From a virus (Duplodnaviria > Caudoviricetes): DNA of 24,720 bases. The notes beneath the pieces were generated by a model. That model had not been told where the DNA came from. It made no database searches and saw only the letters and a list, made by a program, of their open reading frames with translations. The translations under genes were made by a program, and so were the position numbers. The DNA is taken from positions 1-24,720 of the IMG/VR virus record IMGVR_UViG_3300042301_000822. One strand, given 5' to 3'. This document shows, in pieces, positions 1 to 7,703 of the stretch; the stretch's first letter is position 1; each line of letters starts with the position of its first letter.

Positions 1-183
1 GCTACGTTCGTACTCCATTGGTGTGCCCATAGACCAGCGACTGATAGTCTGCATGTCCATCTCATCACCAACAGATACCACGTCATCAGGTTTAAACGCC
101 TTGATGAACTTGGCTACGTTAGCAACAGCACGCTTGTCATGGTATGGAACTTGCAGGTCACTTACAATAACTTTAACTTTCAT
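1..183 (-). CDS. Calcineurin-like metallophosphoesterase, N-terminal part (runs off window)
   Basis: Not in ORF track; hand translation MKVKVIVSDLQVPYHDKRAVANVAKFIKAFKPDDVVSVGDEMDMQTISRWSMG. Has SDxQ/H motif I and GDxxD motif II; start overlaps the end of the upstream ORF. Confidence 0.8.
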   Translation of the reverse strand, partial: MKVKVIVSDLQVPYHDKRAVANVAKFIKAFKPDDVVSVGDEMDMQTISRWSMGTPMEYERS

Positions 184-691
184 TGTAGTCCTTCGCCTCA
201 GGGAACGTGTTATCTAAAATCATAACACCAATAACCCCATAGTTGGCGATGTCCACAAACGTATCCCTAAGGGACTCATTCTCTGGCTTAGCCCCTGATT
301 CTATAAGGTTAATCAGCCGTGACATCTTGTCGTATAGCCGTACCTGTAGACCGTTAAGCGCACCACCTGGCGCATTGCGGATGTTGTTAGGACCATAATC
401 ATTCTGCTTCTTGATTAGGATATCCCACAGTTCTTCATACACATCAAGGGAATCTAACTCAAAGTCATCAGGGTATAGGTCATCCCATGCGGTAAAGGTG
501 ACACACGCTTCGCATATGCAGTCATCGTCTACCGCAAAGGCATCCTTGTTATCTCCAATGTTAAGGTCTCCCTTGACTCTGTTAAGCCAACTCTGGAAAT
601 CTTTAAGCCCATCTCCGAAAGCCTCCCAATCAGAAACGTTATCTCTTCCTGACTGAACGTAGTCATCCCACTCATCCTTCATATGGCTCAT
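173..691 (-). CDS. DUF1599 / nucleotide-modification-associated domain protein
   Basis: C-terminal KKQNDYG...RLYDKMSRL.NL...ESLRDTFVDIANY pattern typical of this all-helical family; acidic N-terminal extension; ATGA overlap with primase gene. Confidence 0.7.
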   Translation of the reverse strand: MSHMKDEWDDYVQSGRDNVSDWEAFGDGLKDFQSWLNRVKGDLNIGDNKDAFAVDDDCICEACVTFTAWDDLYPDDFELDSLDVYEELWDILIKKQNDYGPNNIRNAPGGALNGLQVRLYDKMSRLINLIESGAKPENESLRDTFVDIANYGVIGVMILDNTFPEAKDYNES

Positions 692-1305
692 GCTGACACC
701 TTGCTCCTTAGATAGTCGTACCCTTGTGATAGGTACATTGAATTAACATCTTCACCTTCTGGCATCTGCAATGTTACTACTGATGAGAGTTCTTTGGCGA
801 GGTTCTTTGCGAAGTCCGACCCTGGTTGGTCACCGTCAGCAAAAACATAGACCGTCTCAAAGTCTTGGAGGATGCGTGAGTAATGTTTCTTCCACGAGTT
901 CGCACCAGGTACACCCACAGCAGGGATACCACACTTGTAATGCAAAGTAATTGCATCAATCTCACCCTCACATACCGCAATGAAATCTCCTGCTGATTGT
1001 AGTGCTGTTACATTGTATAGACGGGTAGAAGTCCCTGGTAAACCCATGTATTTGGGTTCACTGTTGTCCATGCTACGGAACCTAATGTCAACCACACCTG
1101 TTGGTGTGATGTACGGAATAACCAAGCGACCAACGTATGCCTCGTGACTAGGTAGAGGTTCTGCGACTACTCCGAGGTGGGCTGTAGCCCCGTCTTCTAG
1201 AGATAATCCCCTCTTGGCTAGATACCCTTCGGCTAGATGAATGTTTGCCTTGTATGTTGCCACGGCTTTCGCCAGTGATTGTTTCTGCGATTGTGATAGC
1301 CTCAC
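688..1305 (-). CDS. DNA primase, catalytic TOPRIM subunit
   Basis: YLAKRGL, RLVIPY, IRFR, PKY, VCEGEIDAIT, GVPG, DGDQPG and EDVN motifs; GTG start preceded by GAAGGAG. Confidence 0.92.
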   Translation of the reverse strand: MRLSQSQKQSLAKAVATYKANIHLAEGYLAKRGLSLEDGATAHLGVVAEPLPSHEAYVGRLVIPYITPTGVVDIRFRSMDNSEPKYMGLPGTSTRLYNVTALQSAGDFIAVCEGEIDAITLHYKCGIPAVGVPGANSWKKHYSRILQDFETVYVFADGDQPGSDFAKNLAKELSSVVTLQMPEGEDVNSMYLSQGYDYLRSKVSA

Positions 1306-1522
1306 GAAATCCCACTCCTTCTTTCTCCATAATTATTTTATAGGTGTCACCCTTAACTCCGCAAGCATGACATGCAAATATGTTTTCTGTTACGTTGACA
1401 CTAGCAGATGCAGTTGAATCCTCGTGAACCACGCATCTAATCTTTTGCCAGCCCCATGTTTCACGTATATTCGTTGCACCGTAGTGCTCAAGCACAGGTT
1501 GTATGCTGTGCTTAGTAGTCAT
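1148..1522 (-). CDS. DNA primase CHC2 zinc-finger subunit
   Basis: CVVHED..AS.S...FACHACGVKGD...I.E.EGVGFREA is a CHC2 Zn finger; the Ser/Arg-rich tail overlaps the TOPRIM gene. Confidence 0.88.
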   Translation of the reverse strand: MTTKHSIQPVLEHYGATNIRETWGWQKIRCVVHEDSTASASVNVTENIFACHACGVKGDTYKIIMEKEGVGFREAITIAETITGESRGNIQGKHSSSRRVSSQEGIISRRRGYSPPRSSRRTST

Positions 1523-1766
1523 CGTTGTAGTACACGCCCTTTGCTAACTCAACAAGTGCCTTTAAGTATGCTTCTTCTTTGGCTTTGTTAATCTTTGCTA
1601 ACTCCACGGCAGTGCGATAATCTCTTTCCGCCTCTGCTTTGTACTGTTGCACTTTATTGAGCAATACGCTTTGATTACTTGTGGTTAGGTACTGCACTTG
1701 TTCAGGTGTTTGAGCCAATTCAAGTAACTGTTTACATATCTCTTCTTCTTTAACCAATTCATCCAT
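1512..1766 (-). CDS. Hypothetical protein (helical/coiled-coil)
   Basis: 84-aa ORF coupled to both neighbours (TAGTAATG at the start, short overlap at the end). Confidence 0.7.
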   Translation of the reverse strand: MDELVKEEEICKQLLELAQTPEQVQYLTTSNQSVLLNKVQQYKAEAERDYRTAVELAKINKAKEEAYLKALVELAKGVYYNDDY

Positions 1767-2101
1767 TAGTATCCTGCTTCCTCCAGTAGTTTAAACCACT
1801 CAGACACTGGCATAGTAGCGTACCACTTGCCAACGTCTAGTGTTCCTGTCTTCTTGTGTATAACAACGCCAGTCTCAGCCTTGTCATTAGCCATCTCCAC
1901 CTCAAGTTCCTTGAGCCATGCAGATAACTTCATCTCTTTGTGATTCTTAACCTCTATAACAACGGCAGGTAAACCAGCGATATCACCACGGTCATTGACA
2001 CCGTTGAGTGCACGTCTCTCAACGTGCTTACGTCCCTTGCTTACAAGCCAGTTAACAACAGCAGTCTCGGCAGATGTACCCTTTATCTTACTTTTGTTCA
2101 T
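1766..2101 (-). CDS. Holliday junction resolvase (Hjc-like PD-(D/E)XK)
   Basis: KSKIKGTSAE..VV.WL, ERRAL.G..DRGDI and VVIEVKN motifs. Confidence 0.8.
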   Translation of the reverse strand: MNKSKIKGTSAETAVVNWLVSKGRKHVERRALNGVNDRGDIAGLPAVVIEVKNHKEMKLSAWLKELEVEMANDKAETGVVIHKKTGTLDVGKWYATMPVSEWFKLLEEAGY

Positions 2102-2288
2102 GTCTTATCCCATCCGCTATCATTGAGAACTGTAACTGTTCAGCCACCCACTCTAGTGCACTGCACGCTTCATGTAAGTCTTGCTCGCAGAAGTCATCAC
2201 CTATATCACGTATAGTCTTGATAATTTCATAGAAGGATACGTACTGTTCCCCGTCATAGAACACACGGGATATATGTCTGCCTTCCAT
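2088..2288 (-). CDS. Hypothetical protein
   Basis: 66-aa ORF coupled to both neighbours. Confidence 0.65.
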   Translation of the reverse strand: MEGRHISRVFYDGEQYVSFYEIIKTIRDIGDDFCEQDLHEACSALEWVAEQLQFSMIADGIRHEQK

Positions 2289-2366
2289 TTAATAATCATC
2301 TCTGTCCATGTACATAAGTAGTGCGAGGATACCAACTAGCCCCAGTATAATTAACCATTCCACCAT
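2289..2366 (-). CDS. Small single-pass membrane peptide (25 aa)
   Basis: Not in track: MVEWLIILGLVGILALLMYMDRDDY*; GAGGAGG RBS; exactly fills the gap, with its stop abutting the next ATG. Confidence 0.65.
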   Translation of the reverse strand: MVEWLIILGLVGILALLMYMDRDDY

Positions 2367-2854
2367 TGTTCCTCCTCTAAGTTCTTAATGAACACTACAA
2401 GTTCTTCCCATGGTATGCAATGTTCTATGTCAACAACGTAGAAGTTATCGTCATGCCCACGGTACTTGTCGTGCAGTTGCTTACCTACCCACTTGTCCTT
2501 TGTAGATGTGAGTAGTCCAAACATACCTTTAGTCTTGGTAGATACCATGACGTAGGCGTATGGCTTCTGCAACTTAGCCTCATACCCTGACACCGTATCA
2601 ACTATGATGTTGCCCCAAGGGAAATCTTTTAGTTCAGTAAACTCTATGTTTCGTGACTTAACCTCAAGGCACTCACCTGAATCATCAAGGATGATGTCCT
2701 TCTCGGTGGCTGTCATCTCTGGTATCTCTTCACGTGACTGCACTATGTACAGGTCAGGCACGGTGCAACGTACACCGTTTAAACGTAAGCGTTCTGCAAC
2801 TATGTCACCATACTTGTGACCTTCAGTCATAGATGCTACGTAATCAAATGTCAC
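2351..2854 (-). CDS. PD-(D/E)XK-fold nuclease-like protein
   Basis: EKDII...CLEVKSR catalytic-like motif; start reassigned to GTG 2854, overlapping the ATPase stop (GTGA). Confidence 0.6.
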   Translation of the reverse strand: MTFDYVASMTEGHKYGDIVAERLRLNGVRCTVPDLYIVQSREEIPEMTATEKDIILDDSGECLEVKSRNIEFTELKDFPWGNIIVDTVSGYEAKLQKPYAYVMVSTKTKGMFGLLTSTKDKWVGKQLHDKYRGHDDNFYVVDIEHCIPWEELVVFIKNLEEEQWWNG

Positions 2855-3633
2855 CGAGCATCCTCTAAGTCTGCAATGAACATATATTCTGGCAAGAACT
2901 GCAACCACACTGGGCTATTACCCGAAGGGTCAGCCTTACCATAACGGTTCTTGACACTGGCAACACCAAGCATTCCGTCTTGTTGTCCCACCGTAAGAAT
3001 GAGGGCTGGTAGTTGGTTAACCATACCTTGGACTGCTGACCTAGGTTGACATGGCGTACCAGAATATCCTTCTTTAGTGTGATGCAGTACCACAACAGCG
3101 GCGTTCGTATCACGTGCCAGATACTTAAGTTCCTTGAGCGCACTACGCATAGCACCAAACTCTTCACCACCATCCATGTTAATGTCCATCAAGTTGTCAA
3201 CAACTATCAGTGCTGGGCTATCGCCCAACGTTTCTTCAAGGGCTGTAACCTCATCATCTAAGTCGTTTAAACTAGGTGATGAATCAAATGACCAGTAAAT
3301 GTGTCGTGCTTGTGCCAACTTTTCCCTAGCCAAGTCAGGTTGCTCTGAGATAATCTTCTCTGCATCTGTCTGTGACACACCCTCAATCATGGAATACAAA
3401 CGCATTGCCATGGTGTGAGCATTGGTATCTGCTGATACGTACAGTGTTGGTGCTTGCATACGCAAGGCTAGTGCTAGGGCAAGTGTTGACTTACCTGCAC
3501 CTGGTGTGCCAGCAATTAACGATACCTCTGAACGTCTAAAGATAATCTTATTCTGTTCAAACGTACGAAAGACTGACGGCATTGGTTCGCCACCAATGTC
3601 TGAACGTCCTACGGACCTGCTTAATGTTTTCAT
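2851..3633 (-). CDS. RecA/DnaB-family ATPase (helicase-like)
   Basis: Walker A AGTPGAGKST, Walker B LIVVDNL, VVVLHH and VKNRYG motifs; AAGGAGG RBS. Confidence 0.88.
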   Translation of the reverse strand: MKTLSRSVGRSDIGGEPMPSVFRTFEQNKIIFRRSEVSLIAGTPGAGKSTLALALALRMQAPTLYVSADTNAHTMAMRLYSMIEGVSQTDAEKIISEQPDLAREKLAQARHIYWSFDSSPSLNDLDDEVTALEETLGDSPALIVVDNLMDINMDGGEEFGAMRSALKELKYLARDTNAAVVVLHHTKEGYSGTPCQPRSAVQGMVNQLPALILTVGQQDGMLGVASVKNRYGKADPSGNSPVWLQFLPEYMFIADLEDAR

Positions 3634-3651
3634 TGTTCCTCCTTGTTAAGC

Positions 3652-3777
3652 GTGGGATGTACTGACTTGCACAGTAAGTAGGCTTTCGGACCTACACCCC
3701 TATCTGTACTGACTGGCTTCCCCTCCAGCAGGACAGACCTTTATTCAGTTATGTTTTTCTAGTACCCGAAGTCCTAG
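3652..3777 (-). ncRNA. Candidate structured RNA (multi-hairpin with T-arm-like stem) in the leader of the ATPase gene
   Basis: Minus strand 5'->3': cUUCGg hairpin, a long bulged hairpin (3703-3737), then closing stem GGGGUG/CAUCCC enclosing GUAGG/CCUAC and UACUG-UGCAAGU-CAGUA hairpins. Confidence 0.45.
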
Positions 3778-4220
3778 AAACTGTTCCACTCTGGTGTGTT
3801 GCGGTTAGCAAATGTTGGGGAGCACTGGTCTGCTGTACCCTTAGGTGTTGGGCAGAAGAATGCACGCCATTCTCCCTTAGCACCGTTGCCTGTTCGCTTA
3901 ACCATTGCACCGTGAATGCACATCTTGTCGCTACCTGCTGGTGCAGATACTGCTACTGGTGGTGCTTTAGGTGCAAATGCTGGTACTTCCGCAACAACTT
4001 CGCCACCTAGGGATGCCTGAACAATAGCCACTGGGTCAGTTGCTAGTACACGTGGTGTTGATACACCAGTGAATGCTTCTTCCAGTGTGCTGATTGCATC
4101 AGGTCCACCCTGTGCTACCAAGTCATTGACGTTAGCGATTAACTCTTCGGCGCTGTCACCACGTGCTGTGATGATTGTGCCCTTGCTTGTCTTTACGTTT
4201 ACAACGTAGTTCTTTTCCAT
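3774..4220 (-). CDS. Conserved actinophage protein with C-terminal Zn-ribbon (CxHG...CP...QC)
   Basis: CIHGAMVKRTG...W.AFFCP...QC.P after an Ala/Pro linker; lies next to the exonuclease as in cluster-A-like modules. Confidence 0.7.
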   Translation of the reverse strand: MEKNYVVNVKTSKGTIITARGDSAEELIANVNDLVAQGGPDAISTLEEAFTGVSTPRVLATDPVAIVQASLGGEVVAEVPAFAPKAPPVAVSAPAGSDKMCIHGAMVKRTGNGAKGEWRAFFCPTPKGTADQCSPTFANRNTPEWNSF

Positions 4221-4888
4221 TACTTATCTCCATTCTGATACTTACAATCGTTACTAAAATTACACATCTTGCAGTGGTCAAAGTTAGGTATAAAGATACC
4301 AGCCCTCCGAGCCTTGTCAAACATTCCTACAATCTCTGACACCGTTTCACGTGTCCACTTATCTAGGTTGATTAACTCTGATGTTGTTCCCTTACGTGCA
4401 TCCCAGTATAGCCCATACTTGGGACGGACACCGAACACTTCCTCCATGGCTACCGCATAGATACCCAACTGAAAGTCTGATGAAGGCATACGTGCACCAG
4501 ACTTAATGTCTAGTACCACAAGGCTACCGTCAGGTAGCACCATCATGCGGTCAAGTGCACCCTTAACCATGACATCATCAAGGTTAATGTTGAACACCAA
4601 TTCAATGGCAGGTACACCTTGAGGTGTGACCCATAGTTCTAGGTTGTGTTCCGCATTGCGGAAGTTAACCCAGTTGTTCACCATGTTTAAACCGTTTGAC
4701 TTCCACCAGTCCCCGTCTTCCTTGTTGGGATTGGCTATGGTTGCACGTCCACCAGCACGCCACTGTGATGTGTCTTCCTGCCCCTGTACGGCACGCTGAC
4801 GGGTTAAGTTATCTTCCCAGTACTGTAACCACAACTCCTCAGGCGTAGCCTGTGTGAGGGTTAGTTCCTCTTGTTTCATCTTAGCCAT
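4220..4888 (-). CDS. Cas4/RecB-like PD-(D/E)XK exonuclease, C-terminal part
   Basis: IE...KGALDR...VVLDIKSG, QLGIY and C-terminal CKMC.....C; lacks the usual N-terminal S.S....C / G..VH motifs. Confidence 0.85.
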   Translation of the reverse strand: MAKMKQEELTLTQATPEELWLQYWEDNLTRQRAVQGQEDTSQWRAGGRATIANPNKEDGDWWKSNGLNMVNNWVNFRNAEHNLELWVTPQGVPAIELVFNINLDDVMVKGALDRMMVLPDGSLVVLDIKSGARMPSSDFQLGIYAVAMEEVFGVRPKYGLYWDARKGTTSELINLDKWTRETVSEIVGMFDKARRAGIFIPNFDHCKMCNFSNDCKYQNGDK

Positions 4889-5093
4889 TATCTCTTGTCC
4901 TTGCTACTATCTGTATGGTTTGGCATGGGTAATCTACTAAGCCACCCTCACTTGAGCAGTGCACACAAAGGACACGGCGAAAGTCATCAACTAATACACG
5001 CTTAGATGTGTGTAAAGTTTCTAAGGCTTCAAGTATTTCGTAAGCCTTTTCTAATCTCTTGTTTACTCTATGGCAAATGGTACTAAAGCACAT
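4881..5093 (-). CDS. Small Cys-containing protein inserted between the exonuclease halves
   Basis: MCFSTICHR...CVHC...YPCQT; ATG 5093 follows GAGGGA RBS 2 nt after the N-half stop; end overlaps the C-half start. Confidence 0.65.
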   Translation of the reverse strand: MCFSTICHRVNKRLEKAYEILEALETLHTSKRVLVDDFRRVLCVHCSSEGGLVDYPCQTIQIVARTRDNG

Positions 5094-5095
5094 GG

Positions 5096-5299
5096 CTATC
5101 GTCCCTCGGTTTCCCATAGTTGACGGTCATAGGCTTCGGTTGCTTCGTGAACAGCAACACCACCAGCCAACCACCATGTCTGTCCTTCAGGGACAGCCAA
5201 AGCCTTGGACAACCAATACTTGTAACCACAAGAATTGTATGTACCTATCTGGCTATGGCTAACGTGTACGGGTAACTCGTACCCATTCACCTTAATCAT
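5096..5299 (-). CDS. Cas4/RecB-like exonuclease, N-terminal part
   Basis: HVSHSQI.TY..CGYKYWL...W.AGG.AVHEATE is the N-terminal motif set of PD-(D/E)XK_1 exonucleases; ends in TAG after 67 aa. Confidence 0.82.
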   Translation of the reverse strand: MIKVNGYELPVHVSHSQIGTYNSCGYKYWLSKALAVPEGQTWWLAGGVAVHEATEAYDRQLWETEGR

Positions 5300-5318
5300 T
5301 TCTACCTCTGTTTCTTAT

Positions 5319-5365
5319 GTTCGCCTTTAAGGGCGAACCTATTGTTGGTTCTGCCTTAGCAGAAC
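5319..5365. repeat. Two short inverted repeats in the exonuclease leader
   Basis: GTTCGCC-tttaag-GGCGAAC (5319-5338) and GTTCTGC-ctta-GCAGAAC (5348-5365). Confidence 0.7.
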
Positions 5366-5385
5366 TTATGTTGTTGTGTTGTTAA

Positions 5386-5432
5386 GTTATAGTCCATGTT
5401 TTTGTGTCTGTCAAATCGTACACGGCGTGTCG
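5386..5432 (-). promoter_or_regulatory. Sigma-A-type promoter for the replication operon with upstream CGACACGCCG box
   Basis: Minus strand: CGACACGCCG (5432-5423), TTGACA (5414-5409), 17 nt, TATAAC. Confidence 0.7.
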
Positions 5433-5484
5433 TGGGAGCAGTGATGAAACATGGAGGTGAAAAAATCACCGCTCAACCACGACA
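5428..5484 (-). ncRNA. Long hairpin with an anti-Shine-Dalgarno loop
   Basis: UGUCGUGG/CCACGACA, GAGC/GCUC and GUGAU/AUCAC stems (a G-U pair favours the minus strand); 19-nt loop UUUUUCACCUCCAUGUUUC. Confidence 0.5.
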
Positions 5485-5508
5485 GCCATACTTATTTTTC
5501 CATAAGTT

Positions 5509-5847
5509 TTACCTTATGTCAAACAAGTCCCCTTGTATTTGCTCCTCACCGTCATCAAAGATTTTGGTAGGTACAAGTAGTTTAAATACCCTGGCTACAT
5601 CGCCCTGCTTGAGAGCACGGATGTTACCTCGTCCCTCGTAGTCTTTAGTAGCCATTGCATCTGACTCATAAGGTCCAAATAGAAACTGTCCTACACCTTG
5701 ATAGTTCACACCTACTACGTAGAGTTCACGGTCACGGCGCATGTCATCTATCATCTTCCAGATAATCTCTGCCAGGTACACGACATCGTGATGTTCCTGT
5801 TCAAGGACATCTGCGATAGCCTCTAGTTCTTTCTTACGTGTCCTCAT
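5509..5847 (-). CDS. Hypothetical protein
   Basis: 112-aa ORF, ATGA-coupled to the upstream small ORF. Confidence 0.7.
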   Translation of the reverse strand: MRTRKKELEAIADVLEQEHHDVVYLAEIIWKMIDDMRRDRELYVVGVNYQGVGQFLFGPYESDAMATKDYEGRGNIRALKQGDVARVFKLLVPTKIFDDGEEQIQGDLFDIR

Positions 5848-5957
5848 TTTCGTTCACGTAAGTGCTTAGATAGATACTTATTTTCTAGGTATAGCCTGTA
5901 TGCTTTACTACCCAAAAACCCAGTAACTATAAGGAAAAATATTAGTTGCATAAACAT
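5844..5957 (-). CDS. Small membrane peptide (37 aa)
   Basis: Not in track: MFMQLIFFLIVTGFLGSKAYRLYLENKYLSKHLRERK*; TAATG and ATGA overlaps. Confidence 0.6.
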   Translation of the reverse strand: MFMQLIFFLIVTGFLGSKAYRLYLENKYLSKHLRERK

Positions 5958-6148
5958 TATTTATCCTGCCCTGCCAGTAATTCTTCCTCTAGTAATGCAC
6001 CTTGCATTGTGAATAGCAAGCGTTCAAATGTTTTACGGTGCATAAAAAAGTGGGTGTTACCCAGGAATACAGATGCGTGGTCAGGTTCAACCTCTACGTG
6101 TATCTCCTCATACACGTCATCCTCTTTCTCAACTGTGCTGATTACCAT
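5957..6148 (-). CDS. Hypothetical protein
   Basis: 63-aa acidic ORF with TAATG coupling on both sides. Confidence 0.65.
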   Translation of the reverse strand: MVISTVEKEDDVYEEIHVEVEPDHASVFLGNTHFFMHRKTFERLLFTMQGALLEEELLAGQDK

Positions 6149-6477
6149 TAGCGGTTACTCCAATACTCTGTGTCTTTCTTACGATACTCTGCGTTGCTAT
6201 TTGAATACTGTTCGGGTGGTTGTAGTCTGATGTTACGTTTGCTACGTATCATTCGTCTTTCGTATGGCGTAGTACCACCCCAGAATCCATAGCGTTCGTG
6301 TTTGATTGCGTACTCCATACACTCATTGAGGATGTTGCAGGTGGAACAGAACTCCTTCAAGTCTGCCACCTCCTGTGCCGTGTTCTTGTTGTCATAGTCT
6401 TGATAAAACACATCCACACCCATACGTGCACAGTTCTGTGTGCCGTCATAGTTCGGATAGTTAATCTCATTCGTCAT
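6148..6477 (-). CDS. whiB: WhiB-family (Wbl) Fe-S transcription factor
   Basis: Four Cys (C...CSTC.....C), EYA and the YGFWGGTTPYERR signature, followed by a basic tail. Confidence 0.93.
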   Translation of the reverse strand: MTNEINYPNYDGTQNCARMGVDVFYQDYDNKNTAQEVADLKEFCSTCNILNECMEYAIKHERYGFWGGTTPYERRMIRSKRNIRLQPPEQYSNSNAEYRKKDTEYWSNR

Positions 6478-6586
6478 CTAAGTCCACCTCTATCTCCTCT
6501 GAATCCACACACCCGTGTTCGTTACAAGTCCAGTAGTGATAGCCGTCACGGGTATCTTGCCACACCCAATCACACATAGCGGTCAT
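6467..6586 (-). CDS. Small hypothetical protein (39 aa)
   Basis: Not in track: MTAMCDWVWQDTRDGYHYWTCNEHGCVDSEEIEVDLDDE*; ATGA-coupled. Confidence 0.55.
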   Translation of the reverse strand: MTAMCDWVWQDTRDGYHYWTCNEHGCVDSEEIEVDLDDE

Positions 6587-6702
6587 CTTTTGTACCCCTC
6601 ACATACGTGCCAAGGGTCAATCGCACCGCACCGCTTACAGATAAACTCTGGCTCTGCATACACGGTGTTACGCTCATCATCATCTAATTCATACGGTGAC
6701 AT
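6583..6702 (-). CDS. Small CxxC protein (39 aa)
   Basis: Not in track: MSPYELDDDERNTVYAEPEFICKRCGAIDPWHVCEGYKR*; GAGGAGG RBS. Confidence 0.6.
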   Translation of the reverse strand: MSPYELDDDERNTVYAEPEFICKRCGAIDPWHVCEGYKR

Positions 6703-7123
6703 CTGGTCTAGCCTCCTCTAGTTCACGTTGCGCATAGTGCAACAGTCCGTGTATGTCATTGCAATTCATAAACTCAATGATTGAAAGTTTAAGTAACGCA
6801 TCACCTAACTTATTGTGCGGATACTGTAAGTATTCGTAGAAAGTAACGGTGCTATTGTTGAAATCTACGATAGGTATGTACCCATACTCTGTATCTGTTG
6901 GGTTGTTGATACTAAAGGCATACCCTGCCTTACTGTCCCAAGATGCACCTACCAGTTGAGACATAAAGATACGGTTGGCACGTTCGCTACTATTGCTATG
7001 CGTACCTGCCTCCCACAATGCACACTTTAACTGTACGTCCCAATCCTTTCCGCCCCAATGAGAGTAAAGATACAGCACGTCACCGCCTCTATCGGTTACA
7101 CCGAATGTAAATCTGTCACCCAT
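6689..7123 (-). CDS. Hypothetical phage protein (MGDR...YLYSHWGG type)
   Basis: 144-aa ORF, GAGGTG RBS, TAATG coupling. Confidence 0.75.
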   Translation of the reverse strand: MGDRFTFGVTDRGGDVLYLYSHWGGKDWDVQLKCALWEAGTHSNSSERANRIFMSQLVGASWDSKAGYAFSINNPTDTEYGYIPIVDFNNSTVTFYEYLQYPHNKLGDALLKLSIIEFMNCNDIHGLLHYAQRELEEARPDVTV

Positions 7124-7281
7124 TAGTTCACCTCTATGCTTTCATCAACTAAGGAAATCTTGTCCGATTCCCATTCAACAACACCGCAACGTGGGTCACT
7201 TTCCCAAACGTGTAGCGCATCACTAGGGCTATCCGCCTCTACTAGGTAAGTAATTACCTGCGTTACCTCGTACTTATCCAT
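7123..7281 (-). CDS. Small hypothetical protein (52 aa)
   Basis: Not in track: MDKYEVTQVITYLVEADSPSDALHVWESDP...EVN*; GGAGGT RBS. Confidence 0.65.
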   Translation of the reverse strand: MDKYEVTQVITYLVEADSPSDALHVWESDPRCGVVEWESDKISLVDESIEVN

Positions 7282-7399
7282 TGTTCATACCTCCTCTGAT
7301 TACAATGTATTCGTCATACGTTTCGTCACTTGCCATACGTACCATTAGTTCATCTAGTCGTGCGAATGTGTCTTGTTGTTGCTTGTTGAATAGTTTCAT
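7274..7399 (-). CDS. Small hypothetical protein (41 aa)
   Basis: Not in track: MKLFNKQQQDTFARLDELMVRMASDETYDEYIVIRGGMNNG*; GGAGG RBS and TAATG coupling. Confidence 0.6.
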   Translation of the reverse strand: MKLFNKQQQDTFARLDELMVRMASDETYDEYIVIRGGMNNG

Positions 7400-7692
7400 T
7401 AGTTTTCCTCCACGTAAATTATGATACTTGAATCTTCATCTGTCCAAGGTATCTCCGTAACGAAATACCCAATGGGGTTATGTGCCATACCTGATACAAG
7501 GATTAAACCCTCGTACTCATCATCACGGTATGACCATACTTGTCGTGACTCTTTATGTTTGTTTACAAATTCATACTCATCTCCATAAGTTTCAAACATA
7601 ATGCCGTTGCCCTCACCGTCCTGCCAACTAGCATTGCTATCTAGGTGATTAACTACGGGCTTAAACTTTTCTTCCCACTCTTGCACATTCAT
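7399..7692 (-). CDS. Hypothetical protein
   Basis: 97-aa ORF with AGGAGGTAACACAATG RBS. Confidence 0.75.
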   Translation of the reverse strand: MNVQEWEEKFKPVVNHLDSNASWQDGEGNGIMFETYGDEYEFVNKHKESRQVWSYRDDEYEGLILVSGMAHNPIGYFVTEIPWTDEDSSIIIYVEEN

Positions 7693-7703
7693 TGTGTTAC
7701 CTC

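Noticed and set aside
3652-3740. Canonical tRNA gene
   Set aside because: No D-arm/anticodon arm in tRNA geometry, no GTTC and no CCA; kept only as a tRNA-like candidate.
4889-5095. Intron, intein or homing endonuclease interrupting the exonuclease
   Set aside because: The insert is short and fully occupied by a coupled small ORF; no group I/II core, intein ends, HNH, LAGLIDADG or GIY-YIG motif.
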